This document shows, piece by piece, positions 20,269 to 30,400 of a stretch of DNA of 64,000 nucleotides. Position 1 is the first letter of the stretch. Each line of letters starts with the position of its first letter. Below the pieces are notes generated by a model, which was not told where the DNA came from, did not search any database, and worked only from the letters and a program-made list of their open reading frames with translations. Both the position numbers and the translations under genes were made by a program. The stretch spans positions 672,001 to 736,000 of the forward strand of contig CBDCTK010000002.1 of NCBI GenBank assembly GCA_965222225.1, written 5' to 3'. The DNA is from Candidatus Poribacteria bacterium (lineage in GTDB: Bacteria; Poribacteria; WGA-4E; JAJDTR01).

Positions 20269-20549
20269 GAACGTCTGTTTGAAAAAGATGGAAAAGCCTT
20301 TCTTGAAATGTACCTGTGGGATCTCTATCGCCTTGGCTATCCACTCAGTTGATCCCGCGCTGGGGCTTAGGTATGGAGGATTTCGGCGGTTCTATACACC
20401 ATCATGGATCTCTATCGCAGTCGCTATTCGCTCCTTTGATCCCACTCCGGGGCTTGCAAAGGCGATCGAAGGGATTTTATATTGATTTGATGGCCAAAAT
20501 CGGTTTCAAGGCAATAATTTTACTCGATATGAGTTTTCAAACAGGTTCT
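20269..20549. mobile_element. MITE copy carrying two 35-nt modules (20320-20354, 20407-20441)
   Basis: Ends GAACGTCTGTTTGAAAA and TTTTCAAACAGGTTC. Confidence 0.7.
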
Positions 20550-20769
20550 GAATCGTCAATTGTTACTTTCAGAAAATTAGACAGTTGAATGAGATGAATT
20601 TGCTATTGGCACAAGGATTCTCTCCCCGATCAAAAGTGTGATTCGGGAATGGTACTATAAAAACGGTTGTGTTTCAAGTGGGTCGAGCGTTCGGAGTTCA
20701 GAAGAAATAGAGCGTCGCTAGGTGATTTGTGTTGATCGAGAGCAGTTTTCCACTCAGTTGAGGAGGTTT

Positions 20770-20923
20770 TGTTCACATTTTTGGTTAAATTTGGGGCGCG
20801 AAAATAGGAACAAAGATGTGAACAGTCCGTTGATTTTGACCGGGTGTTCACATTTTCCGAGAGGGCACTTTCCTTTGACAGCGCGGGTTCGCAGGCGCCC
20901 GAATGTGAACAAGATGTTAACAG
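20770..20923. repeat. Cluster of ATGTGAACA motifs in alternating orientation
   Basis: TGTTCACAT at 20770 and 20845, ATGTGAACA at 20816 and 20903, variant ATGTTAACA at 20914. Confidence 0.7.
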
Positions 20924-20939
20924 AAAAAAAATCCGCACA

Positions 20940-21872
20940 TTAATACCTCCGGTGCTGCCAAAACTGCTCCCCCTGTGTCCAAAGGATTTCAGCAAAATCC
21001 TCATCTTCTTGGGTTCGGTTTTTGGCCATAGCCTGGTGCGCCAAGGTCATGAGACGTTCAGTTTCTTGGAGTTGCCGAACGGTTAGGGGCTGCCAGCCGA
21101 TATGCCTGCCGGCGTGGCCCCATTTTTTCAATGTGTTCTTTATCCCCTCCAGCGACAAATGGGGATATTCGTTAAGACGTATGTTTTGCGCGATGTAATC
21201 TTGAATTATCGCCGATCTGTCACGGTCAAACTCCAGGTCATGATTGGGCTGTGAGAGTCTCTCCGCCTCTTCACGTTTCAGGTTGATTTGGTCGGGGGAT
21301 AGGGCATCGTGCGAGACATGCGATTTTGCTTGGACAACGAATTCGTCGCCACACATTTTTTGTAGCCATCTGTCGTTCAAACTAATCCCCATATAATCGT
21401 CCAGAATTCGATGGTTTTTTTCTTTCCACTCACGAAATTCTAAGTTCGCCAACGCACTATCATAAACACCGGCAAACTGCGCGTCGAAAATCGCGATTTC
21501 CAATAGGAACGTGCGCGCCAGACCGCTGGTTTTTTCACAGAGGTAATTGGATTCGTTAAGGATTGTGAACCAACATCCAAGTAATTTGAGCGACAAGGCA
21601 TAGCGCTCGGAGATTGCATGCAGATTATGGTAGAATATTCGCTTCGTTTTTTCCTGCACTTGGCGCGCGTCGTAAAAGGATTTAAACAGCGGAGATTCGA
21701 GAGCAGTTTTGTTCTCGGCGAACCATCGCAAGAATGCTTCCTTGCCGCCGTGATTCCTTCGTTGATCGACTTCCGCATAAAGGCGTTTAACACAGGTGCG
21801 GGAGAAACGTGGAATTTTTCTAAGATTCGGGGTGTAGCGCAGTTTGTGGAACTCAATTGTTTTCCTTTTCAT
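20940..21872 (-). CDS. Hypothetical protein (310 aa)
   Basis: Long ORF overlapping the stop of the upstream terminase-like gene; no motif recognised. Confidence 0.6.
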   Translation of the reverse strand: MKRKTIEFHKLRYTPNLRKIPRFSRTCVKRLYAEVDQRRNHGGKEAFLRWFAENKTALESPLFKSFYDARQVQEKTKRIFYHNLHAISERYALSLKLLGCWFTILNESNYLCEKTSGLARTFLLEIAIFDAQFAGVYDSALANLEFREWKEKNHRILDDYMGISLNDRWLQKMCGDEFVVQAKSHVSHDALSPDQINLKREEAERLSQPNHDLEFDRDRSAIIQDYIAQNIRLNEYPHLSLEGIKNTLKKWGHAGRHIGWQPLTVRQLQETERLMTLAHQAMAKNRTQEDEDFAEILWTQGEQFWQHRRY

Positions 21873-22347
21873 CGTGATTCTGTCCTTCTATGATGCCAGT
21901 CAGTTCCATGATCCATTGGCGTGATTCTCTATAGGCGAGGGCAAGTTGGCGGAGGTCTTTGCAGTCAGCTTCCTCGCCGTCGGCGGCTAATTTCTTGAGT
22001 CGTATTATGCAGAGGTTCTGTAGTTCCAGCGCGATTGACATGTCGTTGGCGATGAACGCGGTTATTTCTTCGCGACGCTGTTCGGTCAAACTTTGAAATG
22101 CGGCTTGAGCGTTCTCGGCTTCAAACGCGTAGACGCGTGCTTGCCAATGAAACCGGCTTGACCATCTGCCAATTTGCGCGAGGGATCGCTTTTTGCCTTG
22201 TACTTCGCAATTTGAGAGGTCGCGCAGGTTTCGCGCGTCCCCAGCGTCGCGGTAGATTTCGAAGTAGGCGAAGGCGAGGGCGGATTCTCCCGGGAGGCGA
22301 GACTCAAAGTTGTACTCGTGTAATAGATTTGGTTCTTCGTGTGTCAT
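21853..22347 (-). CDS. Phage terminase small subunit-like HTH protein
   Basis: 'GESALAFAYFEIYRDAGDARNL...IGRWSSRFHWQARVYAFE' resembles the N-terminus of a TerS-like family (recognised by eye). Confidence 0.55.
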   Translation of the reverse strand: MTHEEPNLLHEYNFESRLPGESALAFAYFEIYRDAGDARNLRDLSNCEVQGKKRSLAQIGRWSSRFHWQARVYAFEAENAQAAFQSLTEQRREEITAFIANDMSIALELQNLCIIRLKKLAADGEEADCKDLRQLALAYRESRQWIMELTGIIEGQNHDEKENN

Positions 22348-22434
22348 GTCTGATCATCCGACTGATAGCAATAATGCTGTGGTTTTTTTACGATCGCATG
22401 GCGCAAGTCGTGTCAACGTGATTTTGTACGGGTC

Positions 22435-22495
22435 AAAAAAAAAGCCCACCAGCGGTGTCGTATTGAGCTAGGTCAATAGACAGCCACCAATGGGC
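22435..22495 (-). terminator. Long hairpin with a T9 tail (intrinsic terminator or attenuator)
   Basis: Minus strand GCCCATTGGTGG-CTGTC-TATTGA...TCAATA-CGACA-CCGCTGGTGGGC followed by 9 T. Confidence 0.65.
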
Positions 22496-23021
22496 CGAGT
22501 TCATACTAAATTCAATTCGTGGTCGGCGAGGATGGATTCTCAATCAGCAAGAACTCGTGATTCGCATTTGTTGTCGATTGCAATCAAAAAACGTCGACTA
22601 TCGGGCTTGCCTTTTTCCGCATTCTACTGACCCGATTTTGTCCAATATGCCTATATACACCGTCATCCTGATATAGTTTCGTTAACGGGTGTATTTTCTT
22701 GGGGTTTACGTCTAAAGCCCGATTTTTCTACGCCATTTGGTTTTGCGAATATTGAGCCACACAGCCACCAAACTGAATGCTTTCGCAGTACGATCAAGCA
22801 ATCGGCACTAACAAGACATCGAAACAAATCAGGCATCCAACCGGAGGTAGAAATGTTTTCGGTGGGATATAAGATGATAGAGTACGCGTGTAAGACAACT
22901 CGGCCTGTGCAGGCGGGGAAACTTAATAGAGTTTACGGAGATTAAACTCGTCATCTAACGCCAACTTTCCGTTCTCACTTTTCCTTACGTTAAGTGATAT
23001 TCTTATTAATAAAGGGTTGTG

Positions 23022-23265
23022 TTATTTCCGGCGTTTAGCAGGTTGTACAACCTTTCCTCTGCTATTCATCACACCGATACTAGAATCCTTGTAACGCTCT
23101 TTGGCAGCGTCAGTTGCCTGCTTATCCTTGTCTGCCACATGAGCCAACCCTTTATGACCTGAAAGTTGACGTCCTGCCTCGTTAACACTTTCTTTAGACT
23201 CTATTTCGATAGTTCTTCCACGAGCCTTGATGTCAGGGCATTTGCCTCTTGTGGTAATTCGAGAG
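23022..23265 (-). pseudogene. Degraded small PD-(D/E)xK-like ORF
   Basis: Start-less frame 'GKCPDIKARGRTIEIESKESVNEAGRQLSGHKG...SIGVMNSRGKVVQPAKRRK*' with an in-frame stop upstream. Confidence 0.35.
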
Positions 23266-23460
23266 TCCGCTCAAACTTCGCAAGCACTTCGCATTGGCCG
23301 CTCACATTTGCTCGCGATGCCTGCGCGGTGTTGCTTCGTGTTCGCGCTGTGCCATCGTCCGAGTCCGTGATAACAAGAAAAAAGCGGTTTCTAACAAACT
23401 AACGAATGGCACATGCAAATCTATATGAGCTTGCCCCAACCCTCCCGTGCGCGCGCCTTG

Positions 23461-25682
23461 CTAAATCGACTTCAGACACTCGAAAAATTCCTTGAGAATT
23501 GATTCTTGATCTCCAGTGGAGTTCGCTGTTGTGCCATCGTGCAGTTCGATGTTCAAATCGTCGCATAAACGGACGAATTGTTTCGACTTCGTAGGATCAT
23601 CAAATCCGCCGATGCCGATTTTCATTAGTTCTTCCGTAAACGTTCTAACACTCTTTCTTTGCGAAATTGCAGTCTTCAGTTCGAGTTTGTATTTGCACTT
23701 GAAAATATGCTCTAGGACTACTCGACAGTCCAGTTCTAAACTGTCAGCAAAGGTGCGTGTATCGAGCATTCCTTTCAATTTTTCGACTAGGTTAGGGATT
23801 TCATCATCCGGGAAATCCTGGGCAAAATCTGCATGAGCAATTTTACTGCGCTTCCGTTTTGTATCAACATATTCTTTGATTTTCAGAGTGCGGGCGCAAG
23901 GCATCAGGTGTTCTAATTGTTTTGCGAATCGTTCTTCATGCGTAAGAATTATCTTTTGTTTGCACGCAATATCCGCAATCAAATGCAAAGTCTTACGACG
24001 ACGCTCAATATCGAAACTGGACATTGGATCATCGAAACCACGATTTTTTTTTCTAATTCTCGATCATGTGAGAGAAGAGAAATGAAAAATGCAAATGCAA
24101 GTAGTCGTTTATCACTTTCGCTTAGAGTATTCCTAAAGTTCGGAGTTTTGTCATTCTCATTATCGATACTTACTTTATGGCTACCAAAAATCTTAAGCGC
24201 AAAAATTCGCTCATCTTTACCAACTATCTTTTTGAGGGGTTTGAAATCTTCCACCTCAAAATCGGCGCCCATATCTTTGCAAAAGCGATTTATCGTTCCC
24301 ATGTGAGTGTCAAAAGTCTCTGAAGAATACTCTTCAAGTTCTTTCCGTTTTTCGTCACGAGCAGTCCTTATCTCTTCCGCTTCAACTTCAATTGTTTCCA
24401 AATTCCTACAAAACTTGACCCACTCAGGTTCGTAACGCTTTTTTGTAATGTCTAGTGTACGCTTTTCGCTCTCAAGAGCTGAACCTGTTTTCGGTGAAGG
24501 CATGTTTAGTTTATTCTGCTCCAACTTCTCTAGATCAGACTTTATTTTCTCAATCCCTACCTTTAGACGATCGAAAGTGTCGAAATCTATCACATAATTC
24601 AAATCTCGTTTCTTATCCAGTTCTTTCTCAAATTGCCTTTGCAAGTCAGCAAGCTCAGAAATTTTGCTATTAGCCAAACCGATATCCAGTTCCTTAGCCC
24701 TCAAATCCGCCGAAATCTTTTCAAGTGTTGCTTCAAAGTTTATTCCCTTGAAATACTCTATCGCCTTGTTCATTTCATTTTGTAATTCCTCGTACCCACC
24801 CTTAAAATACGCGGAATAATGAGAAACGAGAGATTCAGCGTTTGCGCCGAGTTCTTGCCCACAAAAGACGCAAGTTCTCGGTGTACCATCCGACGGTTTC
24901 GCTTTGAGAAGATCTAACCCTTCGCTAAGAAAGTTCCAAGCATTTTTATGAGTGGCGAACTGCGAATTGATGTGTGCTTCTATCTCCTCTTGCTTAACAT
25001 CAAGCGTTTTCTTCAGTGTTTCCCGAATTGAAAAATGATAACTAGATAAACTTTGGATATGATTTCTTGTTGCTTTCTTGATATCCTCCTTCTCCCGTTC
25101 AAATTTAATTTCTTTTTCCTTATCCTTTATCTTGTTAGCAATACCAGTATCTTCTGGTAGGGCTTTGAATTCTTCGAGATCGGAGTTAGGAAAGTGGCGA
25201 GTAAATTCGCGTGTTTTTTCTCCTTTCTGATTAGTGTATTCCTCACTTTTCTTTTGCAGAGCAACTATCTCATTATTCAGATCCTGGCCTTTCTTGTCGA
25301 TGATAACAGCATTGAGATTCTTCTGCTGATTAAAAGTAACTTTTTCTCCCTCAAACACATTGTCAGCAATAAACTTTGAGTCGAAAATCAGGATGTCGGG
25401 ATTTGCTTTATTCCATGCACGATTTTGGAAAACATATCTGTCATTGTCATCTCCATCTTCAAAATCAATCTCTATGCTCATACCTGCGGTAGCACCAAAA
25501 GTCTTCCGCCCGATGAGAATGTCATTGTTTCCGGTTTGGATGGAACGAATAATTGCAGTGAGCGTGCTCTTTCCTTGCGCGTTAAAACCAAAAACAATCG
25601 TCTCTTTTGCAAATTCACAACCGGCGGCTTTGCAGTCGGCAAATCTTCCAATATTCTGAATTTTTCTTATTCTTTTCAACAT
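23461..25682 (-). pseudogene. RloC-like (AAA_13) zinc-hook ABC ATPase with putative C-terminal HEPN domain, frameshifted near 24036
   Basis: Walker A 'GFNAQGKST', hook 'CVFCGQ', signature 'TLSESDKRLLAFAFF'; adding one T restores Walker B 'IVVFDDPMSSFD' and joins ORFs 23979-25682 and 23461-24024. Confidence 0.8.
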
Positions 25683-25729
25683 TTTTACTTCATTCGCTCT
25701 TCGGTAATATTTGCGTACTTTTTATCCTA

Positions 25730-26773
25730 TAGGAGTTACGCAGTTGAGTGAAAATAGGTTATAATTTGAGTATGAATCCCCCTAAATATACTGACACTGA
25801 CTATATTGATTTCTTGGTAGCCGCTCAGAAAAGTTACAGTTGTCTTGAATCGGAAAAAGTTCAACCCCAAGCTGATAATCCTCCGGCTCACGATTCGATA
25901 ACACGGCTCTTGCATCGAGAGGAACCCGATACTGGCAAACTGTGGCAAGAATCGAGAAATCAGGTGAAATTAGAATCCGGAATTTTAGTTATAGATGACT
26001 CGACTCTGGATAAACCTTATTCACAAAAGATTGAACTCGTGACAAAACACTGGTCAGGGAAACACCACCGAGTTGTGAATGGGATTAACTTGGTCACTTT
26101 GCTCTGGACGGATGGCGATAGACATATTCCGTGTGATTATCGAATCTATGATAAAGCCAAAGACGGCTTGACGAAGAATGAGCATTTCCGCGCCATGCTT
26201 GAAGAAGCGAAAACACGCGGTTTTGCTCCTGAATGTGTGTGTTTTGATAGTTGGTATGCCAGTCTAAAGAATCTAAAAGCGGTGCGAGGTCATGGTTGGA
26301 AGTGGCTTACTCGTCTAGCTGCCAACCGACTTGTCAGTAAAGATTATTCCGGTAACCGTCCGGTGAGTACGCTTCCGAGTGAATCAACAGGTACAATTGT
26401 CCATCTCAAAGGCTATGGATTGATTCGAGTATTTAAGGTTGACACTCCAGAAGGTGACATTGAATATTGGGCAACGAATGATTTACAGATGGACGAATTG
26501 ACGCGTCTCAAATATGCCGAATGGTCTTGGACAATAGAAGAATATCATCGCGGGATTAAGCAATTTGTTGGCATTGAACGCGCACAAGTGCGCTCTGCTC
26601 GCACTCAAAGAAATCATATCGGTTTAGCGCTGAGAGCCTTTCTGAGAATTGAGCACTATTGCTATCATACCGGTATCAGTTGGTTTGATGCAAAACTCTC
26701 TATTGTCAGAGATGCGGTACGGGCTTATTTGGCACAACCTCTTTATACGCTTCAGCCAACTGCGTAACTCCTA
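25730..26773 (+). mobile_element. Complete IS701-family insertion sequence (1044 bp)
   Basis: Perfect 17-bp terminal IRs TAGGAGTTACGCAGTTG / CAACTGCGTAACTCCTA; 5-bp target duplication TCCTA at 25725-25729 and 26774-26778. Confidence 0.92.
25772..26767 (+). CDS. IS701-family DDE transposase
   Basis: 'ILVIDDSTLDKPY', 'CFDSWYAS', 'WTIEEYHRGIKQ'; the stop codon lies within the right IR. Confidence 0.9.
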   Translation: MNPPKYTDTDYIDFLVAAQKSYSCLESEKVQPQADNPPAHDSITRLLHREEPDTGKLWQESRNQVKLESGILVIDDSTLDKPYSQKIELVTKHWSGKHHRVVNGINLVTLLWTDGDRHIPCDYRIYDKAKDGLTKNEHFRAMLEEAKTRGFAPECVCFDSWYASLKNLKAVRGHGWKWLTRLAANRLVSKDYSGNRPVSTLPSESTGTIVHLKGYGLIRVFKVDTPEGDIEYWATNDLQMDELTRLKYAEWSWTIEEYHRGIKQFVGIERAQVRSARTQRNHIGLALRAFLRIEHYCYHTGISWFDAKLSIVRDAVRAYLAQPLYTLQPTA

Positions 26774-26980
26774 TCCTATTCAATTTCGACAATGTTTTTC
26801 GCAACATAGGGAGTTTTGCCACACCCCAAAGAAGGATTGAGACCTGTATCGCACTCGCTCGAACTCGCATTAAATTACCGCAATCCATTAGACAGCAAAT
26901 GACAAGATTGAAGTAATGAATCCCCACGAAACGTGGGCAGATTGAAGCACCTGAAGTAATTGGAAATACACCTCGTATGG

Positions 26981-27043
26981 GGCTCTCTATGGGTCTCGAT
27001 CGCGCCCACTATCCAGTCGCTTTATCTATTCGCTCAGTTGATC
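26981..27043 (+). repeat. Stack of 5'-partial, full and 3'-partial 35-nt modules
   Basis: GGCTCTCTAT, then GGTCTCGATCGCGCCCACTATCCAGTCGCTTTATC (26992-27026), then TATTCGCTCAGTTGATC. Confidence 0.7.
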
Positions 27044-27175
27044 ATTTGCGATTCGGTTGCTTGATGCATTGAAACCGAATTCACTGGCAATCCTACTGAT
27101 AGTTTGATGATTCTTGATAGCATCAAGTGCCATTTGTGTATTGAATCGGCCATCACGCTGTTTTCTACGGGACAT
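27044..27175 (-). pseudogene. IS3-family OrfA (HTH) remnant
   Basis: 'MSRRKQRDGRFNTQMALDAIKNHQTISRIASEFG' resembles an IS3 OrfA N-terminus; the frame runs into the module stack. Confidence 0.5.
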
Positions 27176-27464
27176 GGTGGAGAAACGTCCTTCTTTTTCT
27201 CGGCCTTTCCGATTCCCATTTTCGCTCAGACGATGACCATTTTTCTAGTCGAAATGATCTCCTATTCAACTGTCTAGTCTTTGGGGTAATCTCGAATAGA
27301 TTTCCGCCTGTCACCGTATATTAAATTGCAATGCCAATTATAACACATCGAAACAACTTGGGCAAAATTGAAGTTTAATCATTCGGCTGTGTAGCATCTA
27401 CCTCAGCTCGTGGTGCAAGTTCTGTCGATGGTTGATGATAATCCGCCTCTACGTAAGTCAACAT

Positions 27465-30400
27465 TCAATCACTGCCCAAGCCCAAGCCCATGCGGTATTT
27501 GATGTCGTAATTGATGATGAAATCTAATTCTTCGTCGGTGAATCCGTAGTGATTGGCGAGCACACGGTCAATTTGATCGAGGGTTGATTTGGAGTGCGAA
27601 TTCTGGTACGTGAAGGTATACGATGAACCCCTTGTTTTACTCTCGATTCGGTACTGAATAGCGTTTCCCAATAATTCCGTCTGAAGGCGCTCCGCTAAAT
27701 AAATCAAATCTCTCTCTAGAGGTTTGTTTTCCGGATAGTTGAACTGAAAGGAAAAAATCATGTAATCTTTCAAATTGAACAAATCGTAGCTGGTAAGATA
27801 ATACCACCAAAAGAGACTTGAATTTAATGTTGCCATGAACACTCTAGCATCATAGGGATTGGCAAAGTACGCTATCTTGTTGCTTAATGACTCTGTTTGG
27901 AATTTAGAATTAAGAAAAGTCCACCAATAGCCACCTCCGGCTGTTCGATAAGCAACAAAGTTATTATTGGCCTGACTTATTGGCAACAGATGCATCCCTA
28001 TTTCCTTATGATCCCTGTATTTTTCCAGAATAGAGTTTTCGATGTTATTTCCAACTTTGAAAATACGTTGCTTAAATTGTGGGGTTAAATGATATTTCAG
28101 ATTATTGAAGAGTATCTCTCGCGCCTCTGTGTACCACCTTATGACGGAGGTAGTATGAATGTTTGCTTTCTGGATCTTACTGTTATTGATGTGAAAAATG
28201 GATAATCTTTGTAAAACTCCGTGAAATAATTGCGCAGGACGTTGGTGAAAATTCGATATATGCAACGTGGGGTATTTTTTCAAATGTTCTTGGAATTCCC
28301 GCATACTTCGATTGGAAAAGGCACTAATGGGAACAATCATGCTACACATACCTGCCGATTTAAGCAATTTCAAGCTTCTTTCAGCGATGAGTGTATATAA
28401 ATTGCCACAACTTTCTGTTTCATAACTAGTGATTCTGTATTCTTTTCGTACCTTGCTGTATTTCACATACGGCGGATTACCAATAATCACGTCAAAGCCG
28501 CCGTTTTTGAGAATGGCGTAAAATTCAGTGAACCAATGGAAAGGCTTGTGTGAAGATAGCCACTCCTGATAGTCGCCTTCTTTTTTGGGGTGTACCTTGT
28601 ATTCTTCAGCAAGGTAGCGGTTGAGTTCCTCTGCTAATGCCGTGAGTTTTTCCTGTAAATTCTGTTTGTCCGTAGGTGTTACGCGACCGCCGTGTTTAGT
28701 CTGTTGTTCCTGAAATTCCTTGTATAATATCTCTACATCCTCGGCCTTTTCTTCGATTTCGTTCATTACGTTATCGAAGTCTATTTTGTTTTCGGTCACG
28801 GCCCTATTCACATCGTCATAGGTTGCATATCCGACGAGTGTGTTTCCCGCTTGGATGTTAAAGTCGATGTCAGGGAGCGGTTCAATATTGTGGACGTCAT
28901 CGACTTGTGCGACCATTTTGAGGAAGAGGCGCAGCTTGCAGATTTCGATTGCCTCCTCCATGATGTCCACACCGTAGAGATTGTTGATGATGATAGACTT
29001 GAGGATAAAGTATTTGCGGTTTGGGTGTTGCTCGACGCGATGAAGGATTTCGCGGAATTCAGCAAATTTCTTGGGATGTGGTTTTTTTTCCGAAAACTGT
29101 AATTCGTCAACGAAGGCACCCATGCGGTCGAGGCAAGCTTCGTAGAGGGGTTCAAGGATGTTGAGGGCGGCGAACAGGAAGGCGCCGGAGCCACAGGTCG
29201 GATCGAGAATTGTCACGTTTGTGATGGCTTTCCAGAAGGCACGCAGCAGGTCTGGACCTTCACAGTTTTCTATGATGTCTTGGGCAAACTGGCGAAGGTT
29301 CAAGTTATATGTGATGAGGTCATTCACCTCGTGAATTTCGCCTTTGGACAGTTTCCGGTGTATTTCATGGTATCGCTCTCGGCGCGCCACTACCTCGCGC
29401 CATATCTCCGTCGGCAGGGCATATTCGGAAGGGGCAAGGGTGTTCCATTGAGTGCGTTTCGACACGTTTTTAACTCCGGCGTCGATTTCTGGCGGCAGTT
29501 CGAGTTCCGTTCCGTGTTTGACGGCGTCGTAGATGTAGCGGTCGGGATCCTCAACGAGTAGTTGCCATACGGTGGGGGAGGTATCGCGAGCGGGAAGGGA
29601 GTCTCTATCGCCCTCGTTATCCGCTCGGTTGATCGCTCCTACGGGAGGAACGAAGGCGATTCTGCAGTTCATTCGCGCGGACTCCAGAAGGAACGGAATT
29701 ATGGTGTTTTTGCCGATGTATTCGGTGATGTCCTCTTTGGTGTAGTAGGCGCCCATCTGCTTTTGGTTGATGTATTTTTCAAAGATGAAGCCGAGGACAT
29801 CGGGGTTGATTTCGTTATCGTTGCGCAGGGGACGGTCGTCGAGGTGCCATTGGAAGCGCTCAAAGAACGTGAAAAGCCGTTCAAAGGCGGCGTCGGGAAT
29901 CTGAATCGATTCCCCGGATGCGCCTCTATCTGGTGTTTTTGGAAGATGCCGCCGTTGAGGTAGGGTACGTCCCCAAGCAGACGAGACATTTTTCTTGAGC
30001 GTTCGTTCTTTAGTTTGGCAAATCCTTCAAAGAAGAGCGGGCAGAGGAAGGCTTTGTAGTATTGGTCTATACCATTTTGTTGACTGCGCTGTAGGTTGTT
30101 GCGCAGGTAATACGGGTCGTTATTCAGGAAGCGTTTCTTCTGGATGAAGTAGATGAACATCAGGCGGTTGAGAATTACGGACACGTACCAGCGTTGCAAC
30201 CCTTCATCGGGAATCCCGTTCAGAAACCTGAGAAATTCGTCGTGTTCCGTTTTGAAATAGTCGTAAAAGCGCCTGGTTACCCTTTCAACGTCAAAGGCGG
30301 CGCGGACGCGGCTTGTAACATCTACTAGCGTTATTTCCTCTTCTTCCGCAAGGCTGAATGCAATGGACAGTAGTATTTGGATTAATGCCTCACCTGTCTG

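Noticed and set aside
20940-23400. Intact prophage
   Set aside because: No integrase, large terminase, portal, capsid or tail genes; only a TerS-like ORF.
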